Assembly: GCA_045807805.1 (NCBI GenBank)
Contig: JBJMGR010000196.1
Location: 189-64,188 of the forward strand
From: Pyrinomonadaceae bacterium
Lineage (GTDB): Bacteria > Acidobacteriota > Blastocatellia > Pyrinomonadales > Pyrinomonadaceae
Direction of reading: 5' to 3'
Length of the DNA stretch: 64,000 nt
Shown here: piece after piece, positions 33,850 to 42,914 of the stretch
Layout of the letters: every line of letters begins with the position of its first letter
Numbering within the stretch: the first letter of the stretch is position 1
Notes under the pieces: generated by a model
Told to the model about the DNA's origin: nothing
The model's input: the letters and a program-made list of their open reading frames with translations, nothing else
Databases searched by the model: none
Translations under genes and position numbers: made by a program

Positions 33850-34028
33850 AAAGGCAAAAAGTCGAGATTGAGTACAGCGCGACCTTCATCAATCATCGTT
33901 GATGAAGGTCGCGCTTCCTGTCAGAACCGCCTGCGGTAGCGGGCGGGTCGAGGCTCCGAAACACATACTCTTATCGGAGCACAAACCCGACCGCTACCGC
34001 AGGCGGTTCTGACCTACTTTTGCCTTAC
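33846..34028. repeat. three-level nested hairpin element
   Basis: Outer arm gtaaaaaggcaaaaagt (33846-33862) pairs with acttttgccttac (34016-34028). Module ccttcatcaa..ttgatgaagg lies at 33876-33915. A CAGAACCGC-class hairpin spans 33921-34012 and has an innermost ctccga..tcggag stem. The arms overlap both flanking stop codons. Confidence 0.8.
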
Positions 34029-34474
34029 TCTTTGCCGAGTGAGTCGAGGAAAGATCTGTAGATGGCGTGCTGGTCTTCGGCGATGGAGGTGATGCGGAGG
34101 CCGATGAGGTAGGTCGTCGCGCGCGCGCTGGCGTCGAGGCGCAGGTAGTGTGCGGCGGTCGTCTCCATCTCCACCGGGCCGGACGCGAGTTCGAGCCTGA
34201 GGAGGAGCGCGCGCCCCTCGTCAACGACGCACGTATAGCCGAGGTATATCGAGTTGGCGACTAAGCCGACGCCCGACTCGCTCACGTCGCGCGTGCGGCA
34301 GTGAAGCTTCTCGTTCGGGAAGAGGAGGCTGTGCTCGGCGTCCGTAAGCGCGACGGTACACGTCACGTCGGCCGCGAACCGAGGCTTGCGTCGCCGCTCC
34401 CTCCCGCTCTGTTCTGTCATAAGGCCCTTCATTCTGGCCGCGCTAGCGGCGGCCGGCGGGTATGCCGCAGTCAC
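34025..34474 (-). CDS. PilZ domain protein (putative c-di-GMP receptor)
   Basis: RRRKPRF (RxxxR) followed by RTRDVSESGVGL (D/NxSxxG). The start is uncertain; in-frame ATGs also occur at 34432 and 34420. Confidence 0.7.
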   Translation of the reverse strand: MTAAYPPAAASAARMKGLMTEQSGRERRRKPRFAADVTCTVALTDAEHSLLFPNEKLHCRTRDVSESGVGLVANSIYLGYTCVVDEGRALLLRLELASGPVEMETTAAHYLRLDASARATTYLIGLRITSIAEDQHAIYRSFLDSLGKE

Positions 34475-34538
34475 GGCGGCACGTGAGGTTGCCGTGACTC
34501 TCAGATACAGTGTGGCGCAAGGCGCGCGGGCGCGTCAA

Positions 34539-35117
34539 TCACGCCGCCTCGTAGAAGCTCAGCGCCGAGTCGCCCTGCTTCAGCACGCGCCAGCGCCGCA
34601 GTCGCCCGGACTCTTCCGGAAGCTGATTCTTGTGATGGTGCTCGACTACGACCACCCCGCCCTCGCGCAGGAGCGCCGCGGCGTGCGCGCCCAACTCTTT
34701 TATCACTGCGAGGTAGTCTGAAGAGTACGGCGGGTCGAAGTAGATAACGTCCCACGGCTCGCGGCCAGCGCGCCAATCGTGCCCGCCCTCGCGCGTGCGC
34801 TTCAGGTACTCGGCCGCGTCGCTCTTGACGACCTCGGTCAACTCCTCCGGCACGCCGAGCAGGTCTAAGTTCTCCTCGACGAGCCCACACATCTTGTGCA
34901 CGCGGTCAACGAAGGTGACGAACGAAGCCCCGCGCGAGAGAGCCTCGATGCCTATCGCGCCCGTGCCCGCGCAGAGGTCTAGGAAGCGTGCGCCGTCGAG
35001 TCGCGGCGCGAGTACGTTGAAGAGCGTCTCGCGCAGGCGGTCGGAGGTGGGGCGAGCCTGCAAGCCTTGCGGGTTCTTCAAGACACGCCCGCGATACTGT
35101 CCTGCGATAACGCGCAT
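34539..35117 (-). CDS. rsmD: 16S rRNA (guanine966-N2)-methyltransferase
   Basis: MRVIAGQYRGR.L......ARPTSDRLRETLFN.L, FLDLCAGTGAIGIEALSRGA, DVIYFDPPY. Confidence 0.85.
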   Translation of the reverse strand: MRVIAGQYRGRVLKNPQGLQARPTSDRLRETLFNVLAPRLDGARFLDLCAGTGAIGIEALSRGASFVTFVDRVHKMCGLVEENLDLLGVPEELTEVVKSDAAEYLKRTREGGHDWRAGREPWDVIYFDPPYSSDYLAVIKELGAHAAALLREGGVVVVEHHHKNQLPEESGRLRRWRVLKQGDSALSFYEAA

Positions 35118-35160
35118 GACTTTGAATGTAACACGGAGCGGGGCAGCCGATGCAATAGCT

Positions 35161-35266
35161 CAAAGTTCAAAGTTGCAAGTTCAAAGTTAAAGACACTCCG
35201 CCTCTTAACTTTGAACTTGCAACTTGGAGCTTTGAGCTTGGAACTTGGAGCTTGGAACTTGGAGCT
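35161..35266. repeat. CAAAGTT-class heptamer hairpin element (copy 3, inverted loop, right arm expanded)
   Basis: caaagttcaaagttgcaagttcaaagtt - loop aaagacactccgcctct - taactttgaacttgcaactt. This is followed by extra unpaired heptamers ggagctt tgagctt ggaactt ggagctt ggaactt ggagctt. Confidence 0.85.
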
Positions 35267-35270
35267 TAGT

Positions 35271-36029
35271 TTAACGCGGCGCTTCGACTTCGACTACGAG
35301 GAAGACCTGCGAGCGTACGTTGAGCGAGCCCGCCTCGACCGGAGTGCGCGCCGGCATCTTCGCCCTGTCCTCCATGTTCGCGTTCATGGTCGAGTTCGAC
35401 GAGCCGTACTCGGCGAAGTTCGGCTCCGGTGCGGGGGCCGGGAAGCCGCCCTCGCGCTCCTCTAAGACGCGCACGATGTGGCCGCCCATCGCCTGCGACA
35501 TCGCGTCCGCCTTCGACATCGCCTGCTTGCTCGCCTCGCCGAGCGCAGCCCCGCGCGTCTCCTTGCCCTCGCGCAGGACGAAGCGGACGGTCTCCACGCT
35601 GTTGGCTCCGGCCTGCGTCGCCGCGTCGAGAATCGCCCCGACGTTGTCGAGCGCGCCCGTCGTCACGGTCACGCTGTTGCGTGCCTCGTAGCCCTTGATA
35701 CGCGGCAGACCGCCCCACCAGTCGCGCTGCGGCTCAAGGCTGTAGTCGCTCGTCTTAACGTCGGGGTTCTCGCCCGCGACCTGCTTGACGGCCTGTATGA
35801 CGGCGTCGGACTTGCGAGCATTCTGCTGCTGCGCGTCGAGCGCACGCGTGCTCTGCGTGACTACCGAGAGGACTACGATGGCCGTGTCGGGTGAAGCCTT
35901 CGAGTCGGACTCGCCCGTCACCATCAGGCGCGTACGCAAACTCTCTCTCTTTTCAGCGGCGCAAGAAGCGTTGAAGATCGACAGGGCAATCGCGGCGAGC
36001 AAAAGTATGAGGCGGGGAAAGTTTCGCAT
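35271..36029 (-). CDS. SIMPL/DUF541-family secreted protein
   Basis: 252 aa. Signal peptide (MRNFPRLILLLAAIALSIFNASCAA). Family-typical layout: L.VTGES...A.PD.A.V.LSV.T.....A.....NA.....I..V. Confidence 0.7.
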   Translation of the reverse strand: MRNFPRLILLLAAIALSIFNASCAAEKRESLRTRLMVTGESDSKASPDTAIVVLSVVTQSTRALDAQQQNARKSDAVIQAVKQVAGENPDVKTSDYSLEPQRDWWGGLPRIKGYEARNSVTVTTGALDNVGAILDAATQAGANSVETVRFVLREGKETRGAALGEASKQAMSKADAMSQAMGGHIVRVLEEREGGFPAPAPEPNFAEYGSSNSTMNANMEDRAKMPARTPVEAGSLNVRSQVFLVVEVEAPR

Positions 36030-36068
36030 CTCTTTTCTCCTCGTTCAGGTCGTGAATTTTTTCAAGGC

Positions 36069-37232
36069 TCACGATTTGAACGGGGCGAACTTGTAGACTT
36101 GCGTGCGCGCGACGACGAACAGCTCGCCGCGGTCGTTGAAGGCGAGCCCCGAGGCCGCGCCCTTCACTTTAATCGTGTTGAGGTAGCGGCCCGCCGGGTC
36201 GAAGATTTGTACGCCCTTGAAGTCCGCGACGTAGACGCGCCCCTGATTGTCTACGGCAATCGCGCCGGGCGCGCGAAACTGTCCGGCCTCGTCGCCGTCG
36301 CTGCCGAACTGCGTGAGGAAGCGTCCGTCGGGCGAGAACTTGAAGACCGCGTTGTTGAAGGTGCCGAGCCCGTAGACGTTGCCGAGCCCGTCAATGGCGA
36401 CGCGTATATCAAGCTCCGAGCGGTCGGTCTGCCCGCTCACGGCATTCTGTATGACCTTCAACACCTGCCCCGAGCGATCCATCCGAATGATGTTGTCGTG
36501 CGAGTTATACGAGAAGGTGACGAGCCCTCCGTCCGCGGCGACGGCCACGTCGTCGTAGTTCCCGCCGACCATGCCGACGGTGCCGAGCGACCTGCCCGTA
36601 GTCCCTTCGTAGCGCGTGATGTTTCCGCTCTGCACGGCGTAGACCGCGCCGCCACGGTCGGCCGCGAGTCCGCGCAGAGGCATCTTCGGGTCAACTGACC
36701 ACTGCGTGACGAACTGGCCCGACGAGTTGAAGACCTGCACGCGCCCGCCCGAATACTCGCCGACGTATATGTGCCCCTGCGCGTCCACGGCGATGCTGCG
36801 TGCGTCCTTGAAGTTCCCCGGCCCTATGCCTTCGCTTCCGAAGAGCATCGAGGGCTCCGTGTAGCCCGAGAACTCGTGGAGCTTCGGCCCCGGCGGCGGA
36901 GTCGGCATGAGCGTCGAGCGCGTTGGGATAGAGCGCGTCACGACTGAGACTGTTCGATTGACCGAGCGTATGACGAAGAAGACTATCGCGCCCGTGAAGC
37001 CGAATATGACGAGCAGGAGAACGAGCACGCCCGCGAACGCGCCCGTCGCAGTCCTGCGCACGCCGCGGCTGAAGCCGGTGTTGATGACTATCGGCGGCGC
37101 TGCCGTCGCTCGCGCGCTCTGTGGCAGCACGGCCGTGTTCGCGCAGAAGGGGCAGCGTACGGTCTCCGCGCCGCTCTGCGGGTCGTAGTCGAGCGGCGCG
37201 CCGCAGGTGGGGCACTGTAGAGTCTCAATCAT
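36069..37232 (-). CDS. zinc-ribbon / TM / NHL-repeat beta-propeller protein
   Basis: N-terminal CPTCGAPL....VRCPFC, one TM helix, then repeated NHL-type units (G.F..P.GIAVD..G.IYVAD....RVQVF...G). Confidence 0.75.
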   Translation of the reverse strand: MIETLQCPTCGAPLDYDPQSGAETVRCPFCANTAVLPQSARATAAPPIVINTGFSRGVRRTATGAFAGVLVLLLVIFGFTGAIVFFVIRSVNRTVSVVTRSIPTRSTLMPTPPPGPKLHEFSGYTEPSMLFGSEGIGPGNFKDARSIAVDAQGHIYVGEYSGGRVQVFNSSGQFVTQWSVDPKMPLRGLAADRGGAVYAVQSGNITRYEGTTGRSLGTVGMVGGNYDDVAVAADGGLVTFSYNSHDNIIRMDRSGQVLKVIQNAVSGQTDRSELDIRVAIDGLGNVYGLGTFNNAVFKFSPDGRFLTQFGSDGDEAGQFRAPGAIAVDNQGRVYVADFKGVQIFDPAGRYLNTIKVKGAASGLAFNDRGELFVVARTQVYKFAPFKS

Positions 37233-37356
37233 CCGAACTCTTCCTCCTCCGAGCGGGGCATTCTAACAGAAGCGTCGGCCCTTGATGAGCGCCGCGCAGG
37301 CTAGATATATATCACCTGATTCTCTATCTGGCTCTACCGACCACAATAAAGCTCAA

Positions 37357-39717
37357 TCATCCAATAGCCGCGAGGCCGAAGCGTGAGTCGGCGCGGACGC
37401 GGGAGATGAGTTGGGAGGTTTCGCGTGTGTGGCGGCGTGTGGTGAGGTAGTGTTCGGCCTCGCGGCGCGCGTCTTCGAGTATTTGCAGGTCGCGTACGAG
37501 GTTGCCTATACGGAAGGTCGGGACGCCGGACTGTCGCGTGCCCATGACCTCGCCGGGGCCGCGTATCTCCAGATCCTTTTCGGCGATGCGGAAGCCGTCG
37601 TTGGTCTCCTCCATGATGCCGAGACGCTGCTGCGCCACCGTCGTCTGCTTCTCCGACGCCAGAAGAACGCAGTAGCTCTGCTCCGCGCCGCGCCCGACGC
37701 GCCCGCGTAGCTGGTGTAGCTGCGAGAGGCCGAAGCGCTCCGCGTGCTCGACTATCATCACGGACGCGTTCTGCACGTCAACGCCGACCTCGACCACGGT
37801 CGTCGCGACGAGCACCTGCGTCTCGCCCGAGACGAAGCGGCGCATGACCTCGTCCTTCTCCGAAGCTTTCATCTTTCCGTGCAGCAGTCCAATTGAGAAG
37901 TGCGGAAATATACGGTCGCGCAGGTGCTCGAACATGCGCGTCGCGTCCTTCAAGTCCATCTTCTCCGACTCTTCGACGAGCGGGTAGACGACGTAAGCCT
38001 GTCGCCCCGAGCGAATCTCGCGCTCGATGCCTTTGTAGACGCCCGCGCGCTTCTCCTCTCCGACCACGACCGTCTTTATCGGCGTGCGGCCGGGCGGCAG
38101 TTCGTCTATCACCGACACTTCCAACTCGCCGTAGACCGTCATCGCGAGCGAGCGCGGTATGGGCGTCGCGGTCATCACTAAAACGTCCGGGTTGAAACCC
38201 CGCTCGCGCAGCGCCGCGCGTTGCAGGACGCCGAAGCGATGCTGTTCGTCAATGACCACGAGGCCGAGGCGCGCGAAGGCGACCGCCTCCTGTATGACCG
38301 CGTGTGTGCCTACGACGGCGTGGACTTCTCCGGCCGCGATGTCACGGTGCAGCCGCCTCTTCTCGGCGGCCTTGAGCGAGCCGACGAGAAGCTCTACGCG
38401 GTGCTCCGTGCGCGCGAGCATGCGCTTGACGTTTCGCGCGTGCTGCTCGGCGAGTATCTCGGTCGGAACCATCAGCGCCGTCTGGTAGCCGTTCTCCATC
38501 GCCGCGAGCATCGCGAGGAGCGCGACCGCCGTCTTGCCGCTGCCAACATCGCCCTGAAGCAGACGGTTCATCGGAACGTCCGACTGCATGTCTTCGAGTA
38601 TGCGCGTGACTGCACGCTCCTGCGCGCCCGTGAGCGCGAAGGGGAGGACGGCGAGCATCTCTTCGTAGACGCGCTCGGAGATTTCAATCACCGCGCCCTT
38701 CGGCTCTTTGACGCGCTGGTCGCGCCGCAGAGCGATTGCGAGAGCGACCCAGAAGAACTCCTCGAAGATGAGGCGGAGGTGCGCGGGACTGCGCGCGCGC
38801 TCGTACTCCGCGAGCGGCACGTCGTCGGAGGGGAAGTGTATTTTGCGAATCGCTTCGGCGCGCGACGTGAGTTGTTGTCGTTTGATTAAGTCGGCGGGCA
38901 GAGTCTCCTCGAAGGCTTCGTCTTCGAGCTGAGAGAACACTGCGTGGACTATCTCGCGCAGACGCTTCGTGCGGAACTCGCCGAGTTTTCTGTAGACTGG
39001 AACGCGACGCGCGACGTGTATTGCCGCGAGCGCGGGGTCTGTCACTTCGTCAACGGAATTTTCGTCCGTCGTCTCTTCATCATCGCCCGACGACGCGACG
39101 CCCGCGTCCGCGCCTCCGTTAGCCCCCACGCCCGACTCTTCCTGCGCCCGCTCGGCTATGCGTATCAAAGCGTTCTCGGGCGGGGCGAAGCTGCCGGGCA
39201 GCATCTCCAACTCGTCCGGCTTCGAGAGCATCAAGGCGAAGGTGTTGCTGCGCGAGTCCCACTCCCAACGGCCGAAGGCTATGAAGCGTGCGCCGCGCTG
39301 GAAGCGCTGGCGATGATACGCGACGATGCGCGGAGCCTGACGCCCCGAGACGAACCACTTGACGACCACGGGCTTACCCGTGCGCTCGGGGTCGCTCGCA
39401 GTCACCTCGAAGATGTATAGCGGAGGTGCCTTCGGCCCACGGTTCTTTCCGACCTGAAAGCCGCCCGCCACGCGCACGTATAGGTCGAGCGAAGCCTCGA
39501 CACCGTCCTCAAGGTCTGCGATGCGCGCGAGGTTCGAGCGATCCTCGTAACGCATCGGCAGGTAGTTCAGAAGGTCTTCGACAGAGACCTCGCCCGCGTC
39601 CGACTTGCCCGACACGTTCGCGAGCGCGAGCGCGAGCCTGCGCGCCGTCTGCGCGCCGAGCCGCGGAATGCCCGCTTGCGCGAGCTGCATCACGGGGGTG
39701 TCGAGCGAGAGAGACAT
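37357..39717 (-). CDS. recG: ATP-dependent DNA helicase RecG
   Basis: 786 aa. LTGAQERAV.EI..DM....PMNRLLQGDVGSGKTAVA, DEQHRFGV, wedge domain, C-terminal TRG-type region. An acidic low-complexity insert is present (GANGGADAGVASSGDDEETTDE). Confidence 0.9.
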   Translation of the reverse strand: MSLSLDTPVMQLAQAGIPRLGAQTARRLALALANVSGKSDAGEVSVEDLLNYLPMRYEDRSNLARIADLEDGVEASLDLYVRVAGGFQVGKNRGPKAPPLYIFEVTASDPERTGKPVVVKWFVSGRQAPRIVAYHRQRFQRGARFIAFGRWEWDSRSNTFALMLSKPDELEMLPGSFAPPENALIRIAERAQEESGVGANGGADAGVASSGDDEETTDENSVDEVTDPALAAIHVARRVPVYRKLGEFRTKRLREIVHAVFSQLEDEAFEETLPADLIKRQQLTSRAEAIRKIHFPSDDVPLAEYERARSPAHLRLIFEEFFWVALAIALRRDQRVKEPKGAVIEISERVYEEMLAVLPFALTGAQERAVTRILEDMQSDVPMNRLLQGDVGSGKTAVALLAMLAAMENGYQTALMVPTEILAEQHARNVKRMLARTEHRVELLVGSLKAAEKRRLHRDIAAGEVHAVVGTHAVIQEAVAFARLGLVVIDEQHRFGVLQRAALRERGFNPDVLVMTATPIPRSLAMTVYGELEVSVIDELPPGRTPIKTVVVGEEKRAGVYKGIEREIRSGRQAYVVYPLVEESEKMDLKDATRMFEHLRDRIFPHFSIGLLHGKMKASEKDEVMRRFVSGETQVLVATTVVEVGVDVQNASVMIVEHAERFGLSQLHQLRGRVGRGAEQSYCVLLASEKQTTVAQQRLGIMEETNDGFRIAEKDLEIRGPGEVMGTRQSGVPTFRIGNLVRDLQILEDARREAEHYLTTRRHTRETSQLISRVRADSRFGLAAIG

Positions 39718-39729
39718 GGGGAAGGCTGC

Positions 39730-39861
39730 AAGGATGAAGGCGGAATCGAAGGCTTACCTTCTCAAGTTCAAAGTTACAAGTTACAAGTTCAAAGTTAGAA
39801 GGCGCGTGCCCTCTAACTTTGAACTTGTAACTTTGAACTTCTTACTTCCGCCTTCATCCTT
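39730..39861. repeat. CAAAGTT-class heptamer hairpin (copy 4) nested inside GGATGAAGGCGGAA outer arms
   Basis: Outer arm aaggatgaaggcggaa (39730-39745) pairs with ttccgccttcatcctt (39846-39861). The inner element spans 39763-39841 with loop agaaggcgcgtgccctc. It fills the recG / bacilliredoxin gap. Confidence 0.85.
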
Positions 39862-39865
39862 TCTT

Positions 39866-40303
39866 TTACGCCGTTGCGGCGGCGGGTGTGCAGAAGCGGT
39901 CGAACGCCTGCTGTAGCTCCTCGGCGATCTGGTCTGCGAACTTGTTCTCTATCTGATGGCGTTCGAGCATGTAGACGAGTTGGCCGTCCTTGAAGAGTGC
40001 GATCTGCGGCGACGAGGGCGGGTATGGCGCGAAGTGTGAGCGCGCCGCGGCCGTGGCATCCATGTCAGCGCCCGCGAAGACAGTGATTGCGCGGTCGGGG
40101 CGCGCATCGTTCTGTAGAGCCATCGCGACGCCGGGGCGCGCGCGGCCAGCAGCGCAGCCGCAGACCGAGTTGACGACGACGAGCAGCGTGCCCTTCGTGT
40201 TGCCTATCGCGTCTTCGACCTGCTCGGGCGTGCGCGTCTCCTCGACGCCCACGTTCGTTAAGTCTTCGCGCATCGGCTTGATTAGAATCTCTGAGTAAGG
40301 CAT
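39866..40303 (-). CDS. bacilliredoxin family protein (BrxA/BrxB, DUF1094)
   Basis: The sequence aligns by eye along its whole length with the YphP/YqiW type, including GTLLVVVNSVCGCAAG.ARP and PSSP..ALFKDG. Confidence 0.75.
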   Translation of the reverse strand: MPYSEILIKPMREDLTNVGVEETRTPEQVEDAIGNTKGTLLVVVNSVCGCAAGRARPGVAMALQNDARPDRAITVFAGADMDATAAARSHFAPYPPSSPQIALFKDGQLVYMLERHQIENKFADQIAEELQQAFDRFCTPAAATA

Positions 40304-40393
40304 TTGAAATACTCCTCCTGACGAAAGTTCTTCTGATGTTGACTCGAATAATTTAGCACACGCGTGTGTGCTGCCGCCTCAACGCGTGTCGTC

Positions 40394-40861
40394 TCAAGTG
40401 TCCGCGCGGGCGATGTTGATGCGGCGCGGCTCCTCGCCGTCGCCTTCGATAGAGATGCGCCACACGGGCGGCGGCAGAGGGTAGCGGCCCATACGCTCGG
40501 CCCACTCGATGACGACGACGGCGCGCTCGTCCGTCAACAACTCGTCGAGGTCAATGGCGTGCGCTGAAGATGCGCCTTCGGCAAGTCGGTAGAGGTCTAT
40601 GTGGTGGAGCAGGAGACGGCCCTCGGCGTAGCTGTTGACGAGCGTGAACGAAGGACTTGAAACCTCTGCCGGGTCTAGGCCGAGTCCCGTCGCGAGCCCC
40701 TTGACGAAGACTGTTTTCCCCGCGCCGAGCGGGCCGCTCAGCAGAAGAGTCTCGCCGCCCGCGAGCCTCTCGCCGACGCGGCGGCCCGCCTCGAAGGTCT
40801 CTTCGGGTGAAGAGGAGGTTCGTTCGCCCGCCTCAAGAGTGTCGTCTGCCGCCGCGTTCAA
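40394..40861 (-). CDS. tsaE: tRNA t6A37 biosynthesis ATPase TsaE
   Basis: LLLSGPLGAGKTVFVKGLA.GLG.....SSPSFTLVN.Y........HIDLYRL. Confidence 0.85.
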   Translation of the reverse strand: MNAAADDTLEAGERTSSSPEETFEAGRRVGERLAGGETLLLSGPLGAGKTVFVKGLATGLGLDPAEVSSPSFTLVNSYAEGRLLLHHIDLYRLAEGASSAHAIDLDELLTDERAVVVIEWAERMGRYPLPPPVWRISIEGDGEEPRRINIARADT

Positions 40862-42564
40862 GGTCTCTCTCCTTCCGGGTCGAGCGCGCGCACGGCGGCG
40901 CTCAGATAAGCTCTAACGTCGGACGCGACCAACGCGCGCATGCCTCGCGCGCGCGCCGCGAAGTCGCCCGCGAGCCCCGCCACGTAGACGGCCGCGACCA
41001 CGGCCGCGAACGCGTCCGCTTCCTCTTTGAGCGCGCCGTAGCCTTGCGCGACGAAGCCCGTGATTATCCCCGTGAGCGTGTCGCCGGAGCCGGCGGTGCC
41101 GAGGCCCGCGTTGCCCGTCGGGTTGACGAAGACGCGGCCGTCCGGAGCGGCGACGAGCGTGCGCGTGCCCTTCAGTACGACGACGAGCGCGTGCTTCGAC
41201 GCGAACTCCGAGACCGCGCGCGCGCGGTCTTCGAGGGGCGAGCGATCTTCGGAGCCGAGCAGACGCAGCATCTCGCCTTCGTGCGGCGTGAGGACGATAG
41301 GAGCCTCGCGCGTGCCTCTTAACTCCGCGGGCCAAGGCGCGAGCGCGTTCAATCCGTCGGCGTCAACCACGACGGGCGTCGTGCGACGCTCGACAAGTTC
41401 TCGCACGAAGCGTCGCGTGCCTTCTGATTCACTCGTCAGCCCGCAGCCGACCGCGAGAACGGTCGCGAGCGCGCTCAGTCTCTCTAACTGTTCGTAAGCC
41501 TCCGCGCTGACCGCGCCCGACTCGGTCTCGGAAAGCGCGGCCATCATCACCTCCGGCATCAAGCGCGCCGCGACCGATGACAGTGCGGATTCGGGAGTCG
41601 CGACCGTCACGAGTCCGGCGCCCGAGCACATGGCCGCGTCGGCGCAGAGAACGGCCGCGCCCGTCATGCGGCGCGAGCCCGCGACGACGAGCGCGTGGCC
41701 GTGCGTGTTCTTGTAAGAGCCGGGCTCGTAGCGCGTCGCTTCGAGCCATGCGCGCGCGTCCCGCGCTTCGGTCAGGAAGAGTTTCGACAGCGCCGCGTCT
41801 ATGAGCGCGTGCGGCGAGCCTATGTCCGCGACGTGCAACTCGCCGTTCAGGAGCGACGCGGGCGGGACGACGTTCGCCTGTTTCGGGGCGGTGAAGGTGA
41901 CTGTCATGTCCGCGCGCACGGCGGGGCCGAGGGGCGCGTGCGAGTCGGCGTCGAGTCCGGAAGGGAGGTCGAGCGAGACGACGAGGGGCGACGCGCGGCG
42001 TGCGTGCTCGCGCGCGCCGCGCAGAAGCTCTATGTGAGCGACCACCTTCGCGTAGACGCCTTCGAGCGGGCGCGTGAGGCCCGTGCCGAAGAGGGCGTCG
42101 ACGATAACGTCGTAGCCGTGGCGCGCGCCCGCGATGGTCTCCCAACGCGCGTCCGTATCGCACTCGACGAAGGAGAGCGGAGGCGGCTCCGTGCTCGACC
42201 CCGCGTCGAAGCGCGAAAGCTCGCGCGCGGTGCGGAAGTTCGTGAGTGCATCACCCTTCGAGTCTTCGACGCGGCCGAAGAGGATTACGTCCACGTGCGC
42301 CCCCATCGTCCAGAGCACGCGCGCGAGGGAAGCGCCGTCGCCGCCGTTGTTGCCGCGTCCGCACAAGATTTGAACGGTCTTGCCGCGCATGTCGTCGGCG
42401 AGCCTCGCCTCTATGCGTCTCGCGGAGGCGTTGGCAGCGGCCTCCATCAGCAGGAGCGAGGGGACTGCGTAACGCTCCGTCGTTAGACGGTCTGTCTCGC
42501 GCATCTCGGCCGCGGTCAAAATCTTTCTCACGCGCGGGATGATAGCACGGACGGAATTCACCAC
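40858..42564 (-). CDS. nnr: bifunctional NAD(P)H-hydrate repair enzyme (epimerase / ADP-dependent dehydratase)
   Basis: YjeF-N motif ILCGRGNNGGDG and YjeF-C motif GTAGSGDTLTGII. There is a 4-nt overlap with tsaE. An in-frame GTG at 42531 is an alternative start that avoids the hairpin at 42559-42621. Confidence 0.85.
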   Translation of the reverse strand: MVNSVRAIIPRVRKILTAAEMRETDRLTTERYAVPSLLLMEAAANASARRIEARLADDMRGKTVQILCGRGNNGGDGASLARVLWTMGAHVDVILFGRVEDSKGDALTNFRTARELSRFDAGSSTEPPPLSFVECDTDARWETIAGARHGYDVIVDALFGTGLTRPLEGVYAKVVAHIELLRGAREHARRASPLVVSLDLPSGLDADSHAPLGPAVRADMTVTFTAPKQANVVPPASLLNGELHVADIGSPHALIDAALSKLFLTEARDARAWLEATRYEPGSYKNTHGHALVVAGSRRMTGAAVLCADAAMCSGAGLVTVATPESALSSVAARLMPEVMMAALSETESGAVSAEAYEQLERLSALATVLAVGCGLTSESEGTRRFVRELVERRTTPVVVDADGLNALAPWPAELRGTREAPIVLTPHEGEMLRLLGSEDRSPLEDRARAVSEFASKHALVVVLKGTRTLVAAPDGRVFVNPTGNAGLGTAGSGDTLTGIITGFVAQGYGALKEEADAFAAVVAAVYVAGLAGDFAARARGMRALVASDVRAYLSAAVRALDPEGERP

Positions 42565-42621
42565 AGAGAGACGGAGGCACGGCTAGAACTCATCCAGCCG
42601 TGCCTCCGTCTCTCTGCGGTG
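42559..42621. repeat. hairpin element, CACCACAGAGAGA..GGCACGGCT class (solo copy of the inner module at 21005-21065)
   Basis: caccacagagagacggaggcacggct (42559-42584) pairs with agccgtgcctccgtctctctgcggtg (42596-42621). Confidence 0.8.
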
Positions 42622-42837
42622 AAATAATCTCGCTGGCCGTCCGACTGAATATCGCTCCAAATCGGACAATAAAAAAAGGCGCTGTCTGCGCCTCCCGCCT
42701 ACCCTGCCGCTACACCTGCCGCCACGCCGAGCTACCCGTTTCGTTGTAACCCATTGAAATATTCAATGGAGGTATTCCTCCAGAAAAATCTTCGCTCGGC
42801 GATAAAGTTTTTTCGTGAGGGGCCGGGCGACGTTTCT

Positions 42838-42874
42838 GGAAAGAAAAACCGGGACGAGCGCTAACTCGTCCCGG
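42838..42874 (-). terminator. rho-independent terminator of the first PEP-CTERM gene
   Basis: On the minus strand, ccgggacgag-ttagcg-ctcgtcccgg is followed by tttttctttcc. Confidence 0.65.
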
Positions 42875-42914
42875 CCTTTCCTGGAAACTCTTACGGAGAG
42901 AATCTCGTGCGTCT

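Noticed and set aside
35161-35266. CRISPR-like appearance of the short tandem repeats (also at 49181-49324 and 58612-58687)
   Set aside because: The repeat unit is 7 nt with no spacers. The arrays form self-complementary arms, and no cas genes are present. These are hairpin elements, not CRISPR arrays.
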